Source: Candidatus Woesebacteria bacterium (lineage in GTDB: Bacteria; Patescibacteriota; Microgenomatia; UBA1400; UBA12108). From it: a stretch of DNA of 64,000 nt. Location: positions 2,530-66,529 of the forward strand of contig JAGOVG010000005.1 of assembly GCA_018060845.1 (NCBI GenBank), read 5' to 3'. The position numbers and the translations under genes are program-made. Under the pieces are notes generated by a model. It saw nothing but the letters and a program-made list of their open reading frames with translations. It searched no databases and was not told where the DNA came from. Shown piece by piece: positions 36,639-46,196 of this stretch. The first letter of the stretch is position 1; every line of letters begins with the position of its first letter.

Positions 36639-36969
36639 ACTCCGATTATAACTTGATAAGCTTGCAACTTTACAAACTATCCACTACGATGAACTTGCCC
36701 TGCGACCTTAATAAGGGACTGCGAGGAATTTTTTCCTCGACAAAATGTCGCTTTACGGGAGAGTGCGTATCTTTACTCCATTGGGGCAAGGATCAACTCA
36801 CCCACCTTGGATTCATCTCCGGGGAAAGCTTCACCGCAACCCCCTAGGTCGCGGGGCATTTCATTGCAAATTGTCATATTTTCAGAGATAATACAACTCT
36901 CTCACTGTTGCTTGCACTTCAAGTTGCGCTAGCGACATGAGAATAAATCCAGTTAATATAAACTGGCAT

Positions 36970-37052
36970 GCTGAGGTACTCAAGCGGTCAACGAGGGCAG
37001 ACTGTAAATCTGCTGCTTCACGGCTACATAGGTTCGAATCCTATCCTCAGCA
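36970..37052 (+). tRNA. tRNA-Tyr (anticodon GTA), type II with a long variable arm
   Basis: Acceptor gctgagg/cctcagc. Anticodon loop cuGUAaa. 14-nt variable arm. T-loop TTCGAAT. Confidence 0.8.
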
Positions 37053-37192
37053 CAATTTATTTTGGTAATCATGTTGCCAAAATAAATTGTTTTGTAAGAT
37101 GTATGAGAACCGTAGGTGAGGAGATCCTGACGGAAAAACCGAATAACATGAGGTTAAGCCTAACACCCGAAGGGTGTATCCTACTTATTAAA

Positions 37193-37280
37193 GCCGATGT
37201 AGCGAGCACATCAAGTTGCGTAGCAACATGAGAAATGCCTCCAGAAACGCAGTATTCTGGGAGGCCAGTTGGTAGAGCGA
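37193..37280 (+). pseudogene. tRNA-Thr 5'-half fragment (gccgatgtagc ... cagttggtagagcga) interrupted by a ~62-nt insert. The insert carries a 35-nt repeat that also occurs upstream of tRNA-Tyr.
   Basis: 11-nt identity to the 5' end of the downstream tRNA-Thr, plus a D-arm-like segment. No anticodon or T arm. Confidence 0.35.
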
Positions 37281-37310
37281 TAGTTAAAAATTGAATAAGT
37301 ATGTTAAATA

Positions 37311-37383
37311 GCCGATGTAGCTCAGTTGGTAGAGCGCGTTCTTGGTAAGAACGAGGTCTCGGGTTCGATCCCCGACGTTGGCT
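37311..37383 (+). tRNA. tRNA-Thr (anticodon GGT)
   Basis: D-arm tagctcagttggtagagc. Anticodon stem cgttc/gaacg with loop uuGGUaa. T-arm tcggg-TTCGATC-cccga. Confidence 0.8.
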
Positions 37384-37421
37384 CAAGACTATAGTCCTGA
37401 GAGACTATCAGGAACCGAAGG

Positions 37422-38096
37422 ATGAATCTAAAAAATAAAACTATTCTCATAACAGGTGCAACAGGTGGCATTGGCAGTGTTTTAGCTCAAAAACTATCCG
37501 ACCTCGGTGCAAACGTAATCACCATTGGCAGAGACCAGAAAAAAGTAGCATCTTATCACGCAGATCTTGCAGATCGCGCAAGTCGCCAAAAATTAGTAGA
37601 TACCCTACTCTCTAATCATACGAACATAGATTTTGTTATTCACGCAGCAGGTATCGCAATCGACAAGCCATTCTCCGATATATCACAACAAGACTGGGAG
37701 CAGTCTTACATGATCAATGTAGAATCACCATATTTCATTACACAAGGTCTTCTCCCAATATTAAAGAATTCTCGAATTATTGTTATCGGGTCAAAGATGG
37801 GCGTGATACCTACAGCGGGGCGCAGCGCTTACTGTGCCCACAAGTTTGCACTTCGAGGACTAACCTTAGCACTAGCAGAAGAATATCGTGACACCAAAAT
37901 TCTTTTTCAGCACATTACTTTGGGACCAGTGATGACTAACTTTGGAGGTAGAACAATCATGGATCGTCAGCACGAAGCCAAGCAAGGCAAAGCATTCTTT
38001 ACACCAGTTTGGGTCGCCGACAAACTAATCGAAATTATGCAAGACGACGGTCATGAGGACGAAATCACCCTCTTCCCTAAATCTGCAACCCCTTGA
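37422..38096 (+). CDS. SDR-family NAD(P)-dependent oxidoreductase
   Basis: TGATGGIGS Rossmann motif. YxxxK (YCAHK) catalytic motif. Confidence 0.75.
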   Translation: MNLKNKTILITGATGGIGSVLAQKLSDLGANVITIGRDQKKVASYHADLADRASRQKLVDTLLSNHTNIDFVIHAAGIAIDKPFSDISQQDWEQSYMINVESPYFITQGLLPILKNSRIIVIGSKMGVIPTAGRSAYCAHKFALRGLTLALAEEYRDTKILFQHITLGPVMTNFGGRTIMDRQHEAKQGKAFFTPVWVADKLIEIMQDDGHEDEITLFPKSATP

Positions 38097-38973
38097 TAAA
38101 CTCCTTAAGTTCCCCATTCATGGATGGATCCTTAAGTGCAAACTCTATCTGGGTTTTCATGTACTCTAGCTTGTTACCAGTATCATAGTACTTACCATTT
38201 TTAATCTCTGTAGCGAGCACGTGCTTGCCATCTTTAAGCATTAGCTTGAGCGCGTCGTTGTAATAAAACTCATCGCCATCTTTAAGGTTTGCGAGCACTG
38301 TATCTAAGTATTCAAAGATATCGGGGGTAAACAAGAATCCAGATACATTAGCAAGGTCACTCGGCGCATTAGCTTTGCCTGGCTTCTCTATGATAGTGGT
38401 ACAGTCAATCACACCTGGCTCTATCTCGTTCCCTGCTGCAAAACCATATCGGTCATAGTCGGCATCAGATTTGGCGCGCACCGAGGCCATACATGAGTAA
38501 CCATACTTCTGGTATGCCTCAAGTAACTGCTTAAAGCGTGATGGGTCTGCCGCAATAAAATCATCGCTCCATGTATAAATAAATGGCTCGTCCCCTATTA
38601 GGTGTCGTACATTCATGAGGGGGGTACCGTTGCCATAGGGACCTTTTTGGCGAACATACGCAAAGTTGGCCATGGTCGAGATCTTCATAACCGACTCAAG
38701 TAGTGGCTTCTTCTTTTCCCCACCCATTTTTAGGTTCTCTATTAAGTCAGTTGAGGGGTTATCAAAATGGTCTTCAATAGTCCTCTTGTGATAGCCGGTT
38801 ACAATGATAATATCTTCGATCCCAGCATCCACTAGCTCTTCAACTATGTACTGGATTACAGGCTTGTCTACGATAGGTAGCATCTCCTTTGGCATCGCCT
38901 TGGTCTGGGGTAGGAAGCGGGTTCCAAAACCAGCAGCAGGAATAACAGCTTTGCGGACTTTTTGAAATGCCAT
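38077..38973 (-). CDS. galU: UTP--glucose-1-phosphate uridylyltransferase
   Basis: KAVIPAAGFGTRFLPQTKAMPKEMLPIVDKPVIQY N-terminal signature. Confidence 0.85.
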   Translation of the reverse strand: MAFQKVRKAVIPAAGFGTRFLPQTKAMPKEMLPIVDKPVIQYIVEELVDAGIEDIIIVTGYHKRTIEDHFDNPSTDLIENLKMGGEKKKPLLESVMKISTMANFAYVRQKGPYGNGTPLMNVRHLIGDEPFIYTWSDDFIAADPSRFKQLLEAYQKYGYSCMASVRAKSDADYDRYGFAAGNEIEPGVIDCTTIIEKPGKANAPSDLANVSGFLFTPDIFEYLDTVLANLKDGDEFYYNDALKLMLKDGKHVLATEIKNGKYYDTGNKLEYMKTQIEFALKDPSMNGELKEFIKGLQI

Positions 38974-39015
38974 ATAGTCTATACTCCTTATGTATTCTCT
39001 ATATTTATTAAAATT

Positions 39016-39573
39016 TTATAACGTCATCAATTCTTTTTCTTTATCTCGACCCACTTCTTCGATCTTAACTATAGTACCGTCTACGCTTTTCTGCATCGAC
39101 TCTAGCCATGACTTAATACTATCTTCCGAGATCCCCGACTCCCCTTTTTGCGCTTCAATCTCTTCTTTGATCTCAGTTCTAATCTGTCTAATCATGACTT
39201 TACCGCTCTCAATCTTCTGGTGTACCAGCTTAACCAGCTCTTCACGCCTCTCCTGAGTAAGTGCAGGGATCGCGATCTTGATCACATCACTATCTGTAAC
39301 TGCATTTAAGTTGAGTCCTGCTTTGTTAATCGCAGTAGCTACAGCCCCGACTAGCGATTTGTCCCAAGGTGAAATAGTGATCAGAGATGGATCTGGTGCG
39401 CTAATAGTGGCGAGCTCTCTCAAGCTCATATATGTGCCGTATGCTTCTACCTTTACTTCTTCGACAATTGATGGCTTGGCACGGCCAGTCCGCACAGAGC
39501 TTAGATCTTTGCGTACCACATCCACTGCCTGCTCAAGTCGACTCTTTAAATTGGCCAATATGACATCACTCAT
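39016..39573 (-). CDS. frr: Ribosome recycling factor
   Basis: 185 aa with an RRF pattern (…ISPWDKS…, charged C-terminal helices). Confidence 0.9.
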   Translation of the reverse strand: MSDVILANLKSRLEQAVDVVRKDLSSVRTGRAKPSIVEEVKVEAYGTYMSLRELATISAPDPSLITISPWDKSLVGAVATAINKAGLNLNAVTDSDVIKIAIPALTQERREELVKLVHQKIESGKVMIRQIRTEIKEEIEAQKGESGISEDSIKSWLESMQKSVDGTIVKIEEVGRDKEKELMTL

Positions 39574-39612
39574 AATTTGTAGTCTATCACAATCTCCTGC
39601 TACAATAGCAAT

Positions 39613-39792
39613 ATGAACCTAATAACATACTTAAAAGAAGTTAAAGCCGAAATGGTCCACATTACCTGGCCAACCCGTGAAGAAACTCAATTTTTAACTG
39701 GCATTGTCCTAGGTGGCTCTCTCCTCGTCGGACTCTATATCGGTGGTCTCGATTACGGCCTCACCTACCTCCTGGGGATGTTCCTAAAATGA
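39613..39792 (+). CDS. secE: Preprotein translocase subunit SecE (59 aa)
   Basis: Manual translation: MNLITYLKEVKAEMVHITWPTREETQFLTGIVLGGSLLVGLYIGGLDYGLTYLLGMFLK. KxVxWPxR motif plus a single TM. Below the ORF-track cutoff. Confidence 0.75.
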   Translation: MNLITYLKEVKAEMVHITWPTREETQFLTGIVLGGSLLVGLYIGGLDYGLTYLLGMFLK

Positions 39793-40601
39793 AGCAATCG
39801 GGGCTCAACAAATTTCTCGCCCTTTTAATACTGTTGCTATTACTCCCAGACTTATTGCGTTTAGTCCAACAAGTTTTAACCAAAATAGCTCCCAAACCAC
39901 TCTCAACAACCAACTCAAACTACTCACCGACACCCAACCAAACACCAGATTACTCAGTGAGTGAACCACGTCAACATGAGAGCAAAGAACTAAAAATCAC
40001 CTTATCGATACCAAATCCTAGTATGACAGTCTCTTCAGATGATGTCAGAGACTATAAAGACGAAGTAAGCAGCCAGGCCATTGTTCGCACTCTCGGAATC
40101 AGCGCAGTAGATGTCGACATTGTGGTTAGTACTGCAACTTCCATCGACAACTCCCCATTTTCGTGGGAAGGGACACCAAGCTACTTGATTGGAAAAATTG
40201 AGAATGATGCGTCTACAGAAGAAATCTTCCAATTGTTAACAACCTATGATTTGAAACCAATATATATACAAAACATATACCTCGAAAACTTTCATAGAGC
40301 CGCATATATTGTTTTTGGAAGATCTTGCTATGGACCTTGTCGTCTGACTAGAACCTATATAATTCCTTGGGAAAAAACAATCGATAACAAAATATATCAC
40401 AACCTTTCGATCAAAATGGATCTTGGCTCAATAGTTTCCGATCCACTCAACGAGATTGATCCTCACATTCCTGACTTCAGTTCAACAACTCTTAGCGAAT
40501 TGACACAGGGTAAATTTACTACTACTATATTTCCAGAAAATATCCAGCAACGTATAAGATTTCAGGACTACATCGTTCAATCTATCGAAGTTCTTCCATA
40601 G
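39789..40601 (+). CDS. Hypothetical secreted protein inserted between secE and nusG
   Basis: ATGA overlap with the secE stop. N-terminal signal/TM (LALLILLLLL). Confidence 0.4.
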   Translation: MKQSGLNKFLALLILLLLLPDLLRLVQQVLTKIAPKPLSTTNSNYSPTPNQTPDYSVSEPRQHESKELKITLSIPNPSMTVSSDDVRDYKDEVSSQAIVRTLGISAVDVDIVVSTATSIDNSPFSWEGTPSYLIGKIENDASTEEIFQLLTTYDLKPIYIQNIYLENFHRAAYIVFGRSCYGPCRLTRTYIIPWEKTIDNKIYHNLSIKMDLGSIVSDPLNEIDPHIPDFSSTTLSELTQGKFTTTIFPENIQQRIRFQDYIVQSIEVLP

Positions 40602-40720
40602 CCTCTATACTATAGTTTGCATGCATCCAACTGTGCATCTATTCAATGATCACTAGTTATGCTATACTTGACAAGTTCCCCCAAGATATTAGTTTAAAAA
40701 AGATAAAAGGAGAATTCATC

Positions 40721-41383
40721 ATGTCAGATGACACTCAGCTAAAGACCGAAGAAATAGTAGAAAAAGTCGAAGAAGCCAAAACAGGAGACATCCTCTCAGA
40801 GGTCAAAGAACCTAACCCCTACCACGTCGTCTACGAAGAAAACGAAGGTCTAGAAAAAATCGCCAAATGGTACGTCGTCCACACCTACAGTGGTCACGAG
40901 CTCAAAGTAGCCGAACAGCTCAAAGTCCGTATTGCCAGCATGCACGTCGAAGGCAAAATCTTCCAGGCCGTCGTCCCCGCCCAAGACAAGATCCAGGTCA
41001 AAAAAGGCCAAAAGAAAACAATCAAGGAGAAGATCCTCCCTGGCTACATGTTGATCAAAATGATTGTCGACGACCTCTCATGGCTCGCTGTTCGCACCAC
41101 CCCAGGTGTCACCGCCTTTATCGGTAGTGTCGGCAAAAAACCTACCCCTATCCCAGAGCGCGAAGTCGACACCATTATGAAGTTTATGGAGGTCAAAGCT
41201 CCCAAATTCAAGAGCACCTTCTCCTCTGGCGAAGCCGTCAAGATCGTGGAGGGACCATTTGCCGACTTCTTGGGTACAGTTGATCACATTGACGAAACCA
41301 AGGGCAAACTATCAGTCCTTGTTTCTATCTTTGGTCGCGAGACCCCAGTAGAATTAGATTTTGCACAAGTTAGCAAAATCTAA
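40721..41383 (+). CDS. nusG: Transcription termination/antitermination factor NusG, with an acidic N-terminal extension. Start at MSDDTQL, which has an AAGGAG RBS.
   Basis: NGN domain (KWYVVHTYSGHE) and KOW domain (GEAVKIVEGPFADFLGTV). Confidence 0.85.
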   Translation: MSDDTQLKTEEIVEKVEEAKTGDILSEVKEPNPYHVVYEENEGLEKIAKWYVVHTYSGHELKVAEQLKVRIASMHVEGKIFQAVVPAQDKIQVKKGQKKTIKEKILPGYMLIKMIVDDLSWLAVRTTPGVTAFIGSVGKKPTPIPEREVDTIMKFMEVKAPKFKSTFSSGEAVKIVEGPFADFLGTVDHIDETKGKLSVLVSIFGRETPVELDFAQVSKI

Positions 41384-41518
41384 GTGATTTCGCTGCGCCC
41401 CACCGAAGCTCACCAGAGCGAAGGAGGGCTCAGGTGTCAAAAATCTAAATATAGGTTATAATTACGCCCGGTACCACGCTTCTAGGTACTAGGTAATTAG
41501 TACTAGGAACTAACAAAT

Positions 41519-41944
41519 ATGGCTAAAAAAATCAAAACAATCATCAAAGTCTTCCCTATGGGCGGTGCGGCTAATCCAGCCCCTCCCATCGGTCCTGCAC
41601 TCGGTCAACATGGTGTTAACATCATGGAGTTTGTTAATCAATACAACAAAGCTACTGCAGACAAAAAAGGTCAAAAAGTCCCCGCCGAGATCACTATCTA
41701 TGAGGATCGCACCTTTACCTTTGTCATCAAGCTCCCCCCAGTCTCCGAGATGATCAAGCAAGAGCTCAAGTTAAAGAGTGGCTCAGGCGTCCCCAACAAA
41801 ACCAAGGTTGGCAAGCTTAGTAAAGCTCAGCTCGAAAAAATCGCCAAAGAAAAAATGCCAGATCTCTCAGCTAGTACTCTCGAGGCCGCGATGAAGACCG
41901 TCGCCGGTACCGCCAAGAGCATGGGTGTAGACGTCGAAAGTTAA
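41519..41944 (+). CDS. rplK: 50S ribosomal protein L11
   Basis: [22 protein letters not shown] signature. Confidence 0.9.
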   Translation: MAKKIKTIIKVFPMGGAANPAPPIGPALGQHGVNIMEFVNQYNKATADKKGQKVPAEITIYEDRTFTFVIKLPPVSEMIKQELKLKSGSGVPNKTKVGKLSKAQLEKIAKEKMPDLSASTLEAAMKTVAGTAKSMGVDVES

Positions 41945-42660
41945 GAGTCATCTGACTGGTAGGTTTCACGAGTTTCTATCGCCAATAATTTTGACTCTAC
42001 TTCATCAGGCATAATTAAATCTTCCGATGCAGCAATCATACTCTCAATCTCGCTTCTTTCAGAACGTTTACCAATAAAATTACCTAAGAAGTCTAAACTC
42101 TTGCTAAGCTTTCCATCAGCAACAGCATCAGTAATTGACTTACTCGCTAGCACAGACGCCGCGAGGAGTAGTGTACCGAAAAAGTCTCCAGGAATATCAA
42201 TTGTATTATTGAAAATAGTAGTTGTCTCTAGCCATCCAGCCAGGAATACACCCACACCCACTGAGCCGACAAACCTTTTTATTGGATCTATTCCTGAGTG
42301 CCCACTTTCCTTCAGTTTCTTATCAATGCGCCGTGATATTAGTTCTGAAAACATAAAACCTAGTGCTGCAATAGTTCCGTCCCCCGTATTCATATCAAAA
42401 AGTCTCTGTATGCCCTCTTGCAACCTTTGGTTCTGCCACAGATCATCTCCCCATGAGTCTACCGCTCTTGTATTCTCCCAAAACCCATAGAAAAACGCTG
42501 CAAAGTAAGGAACTATATCCCTAGTTTTAACAAACCAAAGAATTTCGTCGCCTAGTTTATTACTATTACTCTCTCTCTCTGGATTATCGATCACTACGTC
42601 GACTCTAGTACTCTGTCCGACTCCTTGATCTATGTCATGTTTAACTGTATCTCCACTCAC
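41941..42660 (-). CDS. Hypothetical membrane protein, inserted antisense between rplK and rplA
   Basis: ORF with hydrophobic segments. Confidence 0.35.
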   Translation of the reverse strand: MSGDTVKHDIDQGVGQSTRVDVVIDNPERESNSNKLGDEILWFVKTRDIVPYFAAFFYGFWENTRAVDSWGDDLWQNQRLQEGIQRLFDMNTGDGTIAALGFMFSELISRRIDKKLKESGHSGIDPIKRFVGSVGVGVFLAGWLETTTIFNNTIDIPGDFFGTLLLAASVLASKSITDAVADGKLSKSLDFLGNFIGKRSERSEIESMIAASEDLIMPDEVESKLLAIETRETYQSDDS

Positions 42661-42718
42661 TCAGCTATCTTCTCACATTTATCTTGCCTCCATCAACCAC
42701 TTTTGCTATAACATAAAC

Positions 42719-42937
42719 ATGCTAACCAATTCAGACAAGGATGATATCAGAGATTTAATCCGCGAAGAACTTGATCGCGTCGAAAACAAAATAGATAAAG
42801 TCCTAAGTATAGTAACCAGAACAGATCAAGAACACCAGATCACCCAGGCCAAAGTGAACAAGCTAGAAAAACGTACTACCAATATCGAGAAAAAAGTTGG
42901 GATCAAACCTCCAGCCTCTACCACCGTCTTTGCCTAA
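42719..42937 (+). CDS. Hypothetical small coiled-coil protein. Start moved to MLTNSDKDD.
   Basis: ORF with a heptad-like charged pattern. Confidence 0.3.
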   Translation: MLTNSDKDDIRDLIREELDRVENKIDKVLSIVTRTDQEHQITQAKVNKLEKRTTNIEKKVGIKPPASTTVFA

Positions 42938-43015
42938 ACTCCCCCACCTCTGCTATAATCCCCTTATTCATTATTACTTGAATCCGGCCACGTCCGAGAT
43001 ATTAAGGAGAATTAT

Positions 43016-43939
43016 ATGGGTAAAAGAAAAGAATCAACAACTGTAGCTCCAAAAAAGCAAAAGTCCATGACCAAATGGGAGGAGCTCTACACAGATCTCT
43101 CCGATCATACCGCCATGGCTCTCCGCGAAGCCCGCGTTAAGCCAGAACAGCTCAAGAACATGGCCGATGGTGAACTCACTGCAATCAACGGTATTAGTGA
43201 ATCAGCTCTCGAAGAAATCAGGGCCAAATACTCAGCCGATGTCGCATCCGTTGACTCTTCTGTCGAATCTGAATCTAGCGAATCAACCGAAGCTCCCGTA
43301 GTAGTCGAAGAAGTAGGTATCATCCCTCCCAACAAACGCCATGATTTTCGTGGTGGCAAAGCCATGACTACTGCCAAATCTCAGGTCGACCGCAACAAAA
43401 ACTACGGTATCGAAGAAGCGGTCGCACTCGTCAAAAAGACTAACATCACGAGCTTTAACGCAACAGTAACTCTACATCTCAACCTAACTGCCAAAGATGC
43501 CCCGACCCGTGTCGAGCTCACCTTCCCTCATGCAGCCGGTGCAGCCAAGAAGGTGGCGATTGTTAGCGACGAACTCTTAGCCAAGCTCGATAAAAATATT
43601 ATCGACTTTGATATCCTCATTACTACTCCAGCTTTCATGCCTAAGCTCGCTAAATACGCGAAGTTTCTAGGTCCCAAAGGACTAATGCCTAACCCCAAAG
43701 CTGGAACCGTTACCCCCAATCCCGAGGCCAAAGCTAAAGAGTTTGAGGGTGGTAAGACCCAGGTCAAAGCAGAACCCAAATATCCTCTCATGCACGTGAC
43801 AGTCGGTAAGACCAGTCAGCCAGAGGCTGAGCTAGTCGCCAACATCCGCGCCATGATAGAGGCAGTCAGACCTAAGTTCATCGTCAAAGCAACTCTTGCT
43901 GCGACAATGAGTCCAGGTATCAAGCTATCTCTAAACTAG
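43016..43939 (+). CDS. rplA: 50S ribosomal protein L1, with an unusual ~115-aa N-terminal extension. The extension contains a helix-hairpin-helix-like motif and an acidic Ser/Glu linker. The canonical L1 core begins near 43364.
   Basis: L1 core motifs (NYGIEEAVALVKK, TVTLHLNL, GPKGLMPNPKAGTV). The extension is in-frame with no stop. Confidence 0.8.
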   Translation: MGKRKESTTVAPKKQKSMTKWEELYTDLSDHTAMALREARVKPEQLKNMADGELTAINGISESALEEIRAKYSADVASVDSSVESESSESTEAPVVVEEVGIIPPNKRHDFRGGKAMTTAKSQVDRNKNYGIEEAVALVKKTNITSFNATVTLHLNLTAKDAPTRVELTFPHAAGAAKKVAIVSDELLAKLDKNIIDFDILITTPAFMPKLAKYAKFLGPKGLMPNPKAGTVTPNPEAKAKEFEGGKTQVKAEPKYPLMHVTVGKTSQPEAELVANIRAMIEAVRPKFIVKATLAATMSPGIKLSLN

Positions 43940-44092
43940 TCCTATAACTTGACATTTATCCCGTATCACTGCGGTCATTTTCATCAGGGTGTCCGAGTTT
44001 CTCGGACTGAAGATTAAACTACATTTAATATCAACGACTAGCGCGGACGCAAACAATATATTAATAACCAAAGTGTAATATACTGATCATAT

Positions 44093-44959
44093 ATGACAGA
44101 AACACTACCAATAGCCCAAGAATGGAATCAATATAACGGAGAACTCCGCAACACAATTGTTAGCGCGCTCGCTACTAAAGGCTCGCCTCTCTCTGCAGGC
44201 GACGTAGTCGATGGACCTCCCACATTACCTCTTATTGGACTATTAGCCGAATCTCAGGGTGAGGCGGCAAGATACCACAAATTATATCCCGACAAAAAAT
44301 TATCAGTTGTCGAAGTTATGGCTAGTATTCGTAACTTTTCAGATCAAGTAAGAGCCGCCGAACTCGCGGGAAAAAACGCCTTAGATTTTCACTATGTCGA
44401 CGGTAGTAGCGAAAAACTAACACCCCGAGCCGCCAATGCTAGGCTACTCGGATTTACAATCTATGCACTCGATCGTCATCTAATCGACCGAGAAATGATA
44501 GAGGATATCCTTAAAAACGAGGATCCCTTAGAATTCTGGAAGAAACAGGTAAAAGATCACTCAGTTGATGGGAACGAAATGCTAAATGAACTCATTATTA
44601 AACATCCGTACCACCCTTTTAACATCCAAGCCAGACAACTGATACCTAGCGCTGAAAGCCCTGATATTATTTTTGAAGATAATCCTGTTATGCAAACTGT
44701 CCTTGATGCACACAAAATGCATCTACGTTTACAACAAGCTCGCCCCCATGGAACAACTTTGCAAGATCTACTCGTGACACAGCAAGCTACCCTTGAGCTT
44801 GTCAGCATGTACCACCCACTCCCTGATGAAGCTCTACAAATCAATACTCTCGCTTTTTTGGGCAAAAAGACTGTTGATGATAATGAATTTAGTGCGCTCA
44901 GCACAGCTATCACAAAATACATGTACGAAACCAAGTATCCTGCCCTCATCTCGCCCTAA
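44093..44959 (+). CDS. Hypothetical protein inserted between rplA and rplJ
   Basis: ORF only. Confidence 0.35.
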   Translation: MTETLPIAQEWNQYNGELRNTIVSALATKGSPLSAGDVVDGPPTLPLIGLLAESQGEAARYHKLYPDKKLSVVEVMASIRNFSDQVRAAELAGKNALDFHYVDGSSEKLTPRAANARLLGFTIYALDRHLIDREMIEDILKNEDPLEFWKKQVKDHSVDGNEMLNELIIKHPYHPFNIQARQLIPSAESPDIIFEDNPVMQTVLDAHKMHLRLQQARPHGTTLQDLLVTQQATLELVSMYHPLPDEALQINTLAFLGKKTVDDNEFSALSTAITKYMYETKYPALISP

Positions 44960-45101
44960 TCTATATAGTGTTATACCCTAGTACAAACACTTATTCACTT
45001 GTAATTCAACACTACCCCTGCTACAATACTCCTAATCCTCAAGACAACAGGCAATTACCTAAGTCCTGTCTAAGGCAAGTCACCACAAGTTGTGGTAATT
45101 A

Positions 45102-45135
45102 GCTGTCTATCTGGAGGACAGCTATTTTTGTTTTT
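45102..45135 (+). terminator. Hairpin gctgtc-tatctggag-gacagc followed by TATTTTTGTTTTT, ~80 nt upstream of rplJ. This is a candidate rplJ-leader attenuator/terminator.
   Basis: Inverted repeat plus T-run. An L10 leader with an attenuator is known in E. coli (established knowledge), but homology is not demonstrable here. Confidence 0.4.
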
Positions 45136-45211
45136 AGACACTTAGTGTATAAAAACAACCCCTAACGTAGCCTTAAGGCGAAGTGGGGTCAATACCGAAG
45201 GAGAGCACACA

Positions 45212-45733
45212 ATGCCAAATCTAAAAAACCAAGGCCAAGTCAAAGAACTAGAGGCAAAACTAGACTCAGTCTCAGCCATCTTCCTCGCTGACTACCAAGG
45301 CATGAACACCAAAGATCAGAGGAACCTCCGTGCAGCTGTCCGTGCAGCTGGTGGCGAACTCCTTGTCGCCAAGAATACTCTCCTCAAGATTGCCCTCACC
45401 AACAAAGGCTACGATGCCGAGTCCATCTCCTCTTTTCTCAAAGGCAGCACCGTTACCCTCTTTGCAGGCGCCGATGCCGTAGCTCCTCTTAAGGCTCTAG
45501 TCGAATTTGCCAAAAAGCAAGACAAAGAGCTCCCCGCCGTCAAAACTGGATTCTTAGGAAAAGAGACCCTCTCAGTCGAGAAAATCCAGCAGTTAGCCGC
45601 TCTACCAAGCAAGACCGAGCTCATCGCCAAACTCTTGGGTACCCTCTCTAATCCAGCCCGCAACATGGTCAACGTCCTGGTCGCCCCTATGCGCAACCTA
45701 GTTTATGCATTAAACGCTATTAGTAAAAAATAA
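45212..45733 (+). CDS. rplJ: 50S ribosomal protein L10
   Basis: 173 aa with an L10 pattern. Confidence 0.9.
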   Translation: MPNLKNQGQVKELEAKLDSVSAIFLADYQGMNTKDQRNLRAAVRAAGGELLVAKNTLLKIALTNKGYDAESISSFLKGSTVTLFAGADAVAPLKALVEFAKKQDKELPAVKTGFLGKETLSVEKIQQLAALPSKTELIAKLLGTLSNPARNMVNVLVAPMRNLVYALNAISKK

Positions 45734-45744
45734 AGGAGACAAAT

Positions 45745-46122
45745 ATGTCAGATCTTAATGCTCTAGTAGAGCAAATCGAAAAATTATCCGTTCTCGAAGT
45801 CGCCGACCTCGTCAAAGCACTCGAAGAAAAATTTGGTGTTAGTGCAGCCGCTCCTATGATGGCCGCTCCAGCAGCAGGTGCAGCAGCCGCCGCTCCTGTC
45901 GAAGAGAAAGACAGTTTTGATGTCGTACTCACTGCAGGTGGTGCCAACAAAATCGGTGTCATCAAGGTAGTTCGCGAACTCAACCAGACCCTCGGCCTCA
46001 AAGAAGCCAAGGATCTAGTCGAAGCAGCTCCAAAAGTACTCCTAGAGGGTGCTAAAAAAGAAGATGCCGAAGCAGCCAAGAAAAAGCTCGAAGAAGCTGG
46101 TGCAACAGTCGAACTCAAATAA
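45745..46122 (+). CDS. rplL: 50S ribosomal protein L7/L12
   Basis: Ala-rich hinge. C-terminal domain [28 protein letters not shown]. Confidence 0.9.
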   Translation: MSDLNALVEQIEKLSVLEVADLVKALEEKFGVSAAAPMMAAPAAGAAAAAPVEEKDSFDVVLTAGGANKIGVIKVVRELNQTLGLKEAKDLVEAAPKVLLEGAKKEDAEAAKKKLEEAGATVELK

Positions 46123-46145
46123 GAACTTTAGTTACTTATTAAATC

Positions 46146-46174
46146 AAAAACCCCGTCATAAGGCGGGGTTTTTA
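46146..46174 (+). terminator. Rho-independent terminator after rplL (ccccg-tcataagg-cgggg + TTTTT)
   Basis: GC hairpin followed by a T-run. Confidence 0.6.
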
Positions 46175-46196
46175 GTAGTGTTTTAGCAAGAATTTA

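Noticed and set aside
36968-37386. ORFs 36968..37231 (+) and 37069..37386 (-)
   Set aside because: They overlap tRNA-Tyr, the tRNA-Thr fragment and tRNA-Thr(GGT). They are spurious reading frames through the RNA genes.
41384-41518. Possible L11/L1 leader structure between nusG and rplK
   Set aside because: A few short inverted repeats are present, but there is no convincing conserved structure or terminator. Not enough to call.
43940-44092. Hairpin gtccgag-tttc-tcggac after rplA as a terminator
   Set aside because: A clear stem-loop, but it is not followed by a T-run on either strand. It was left uncalled.
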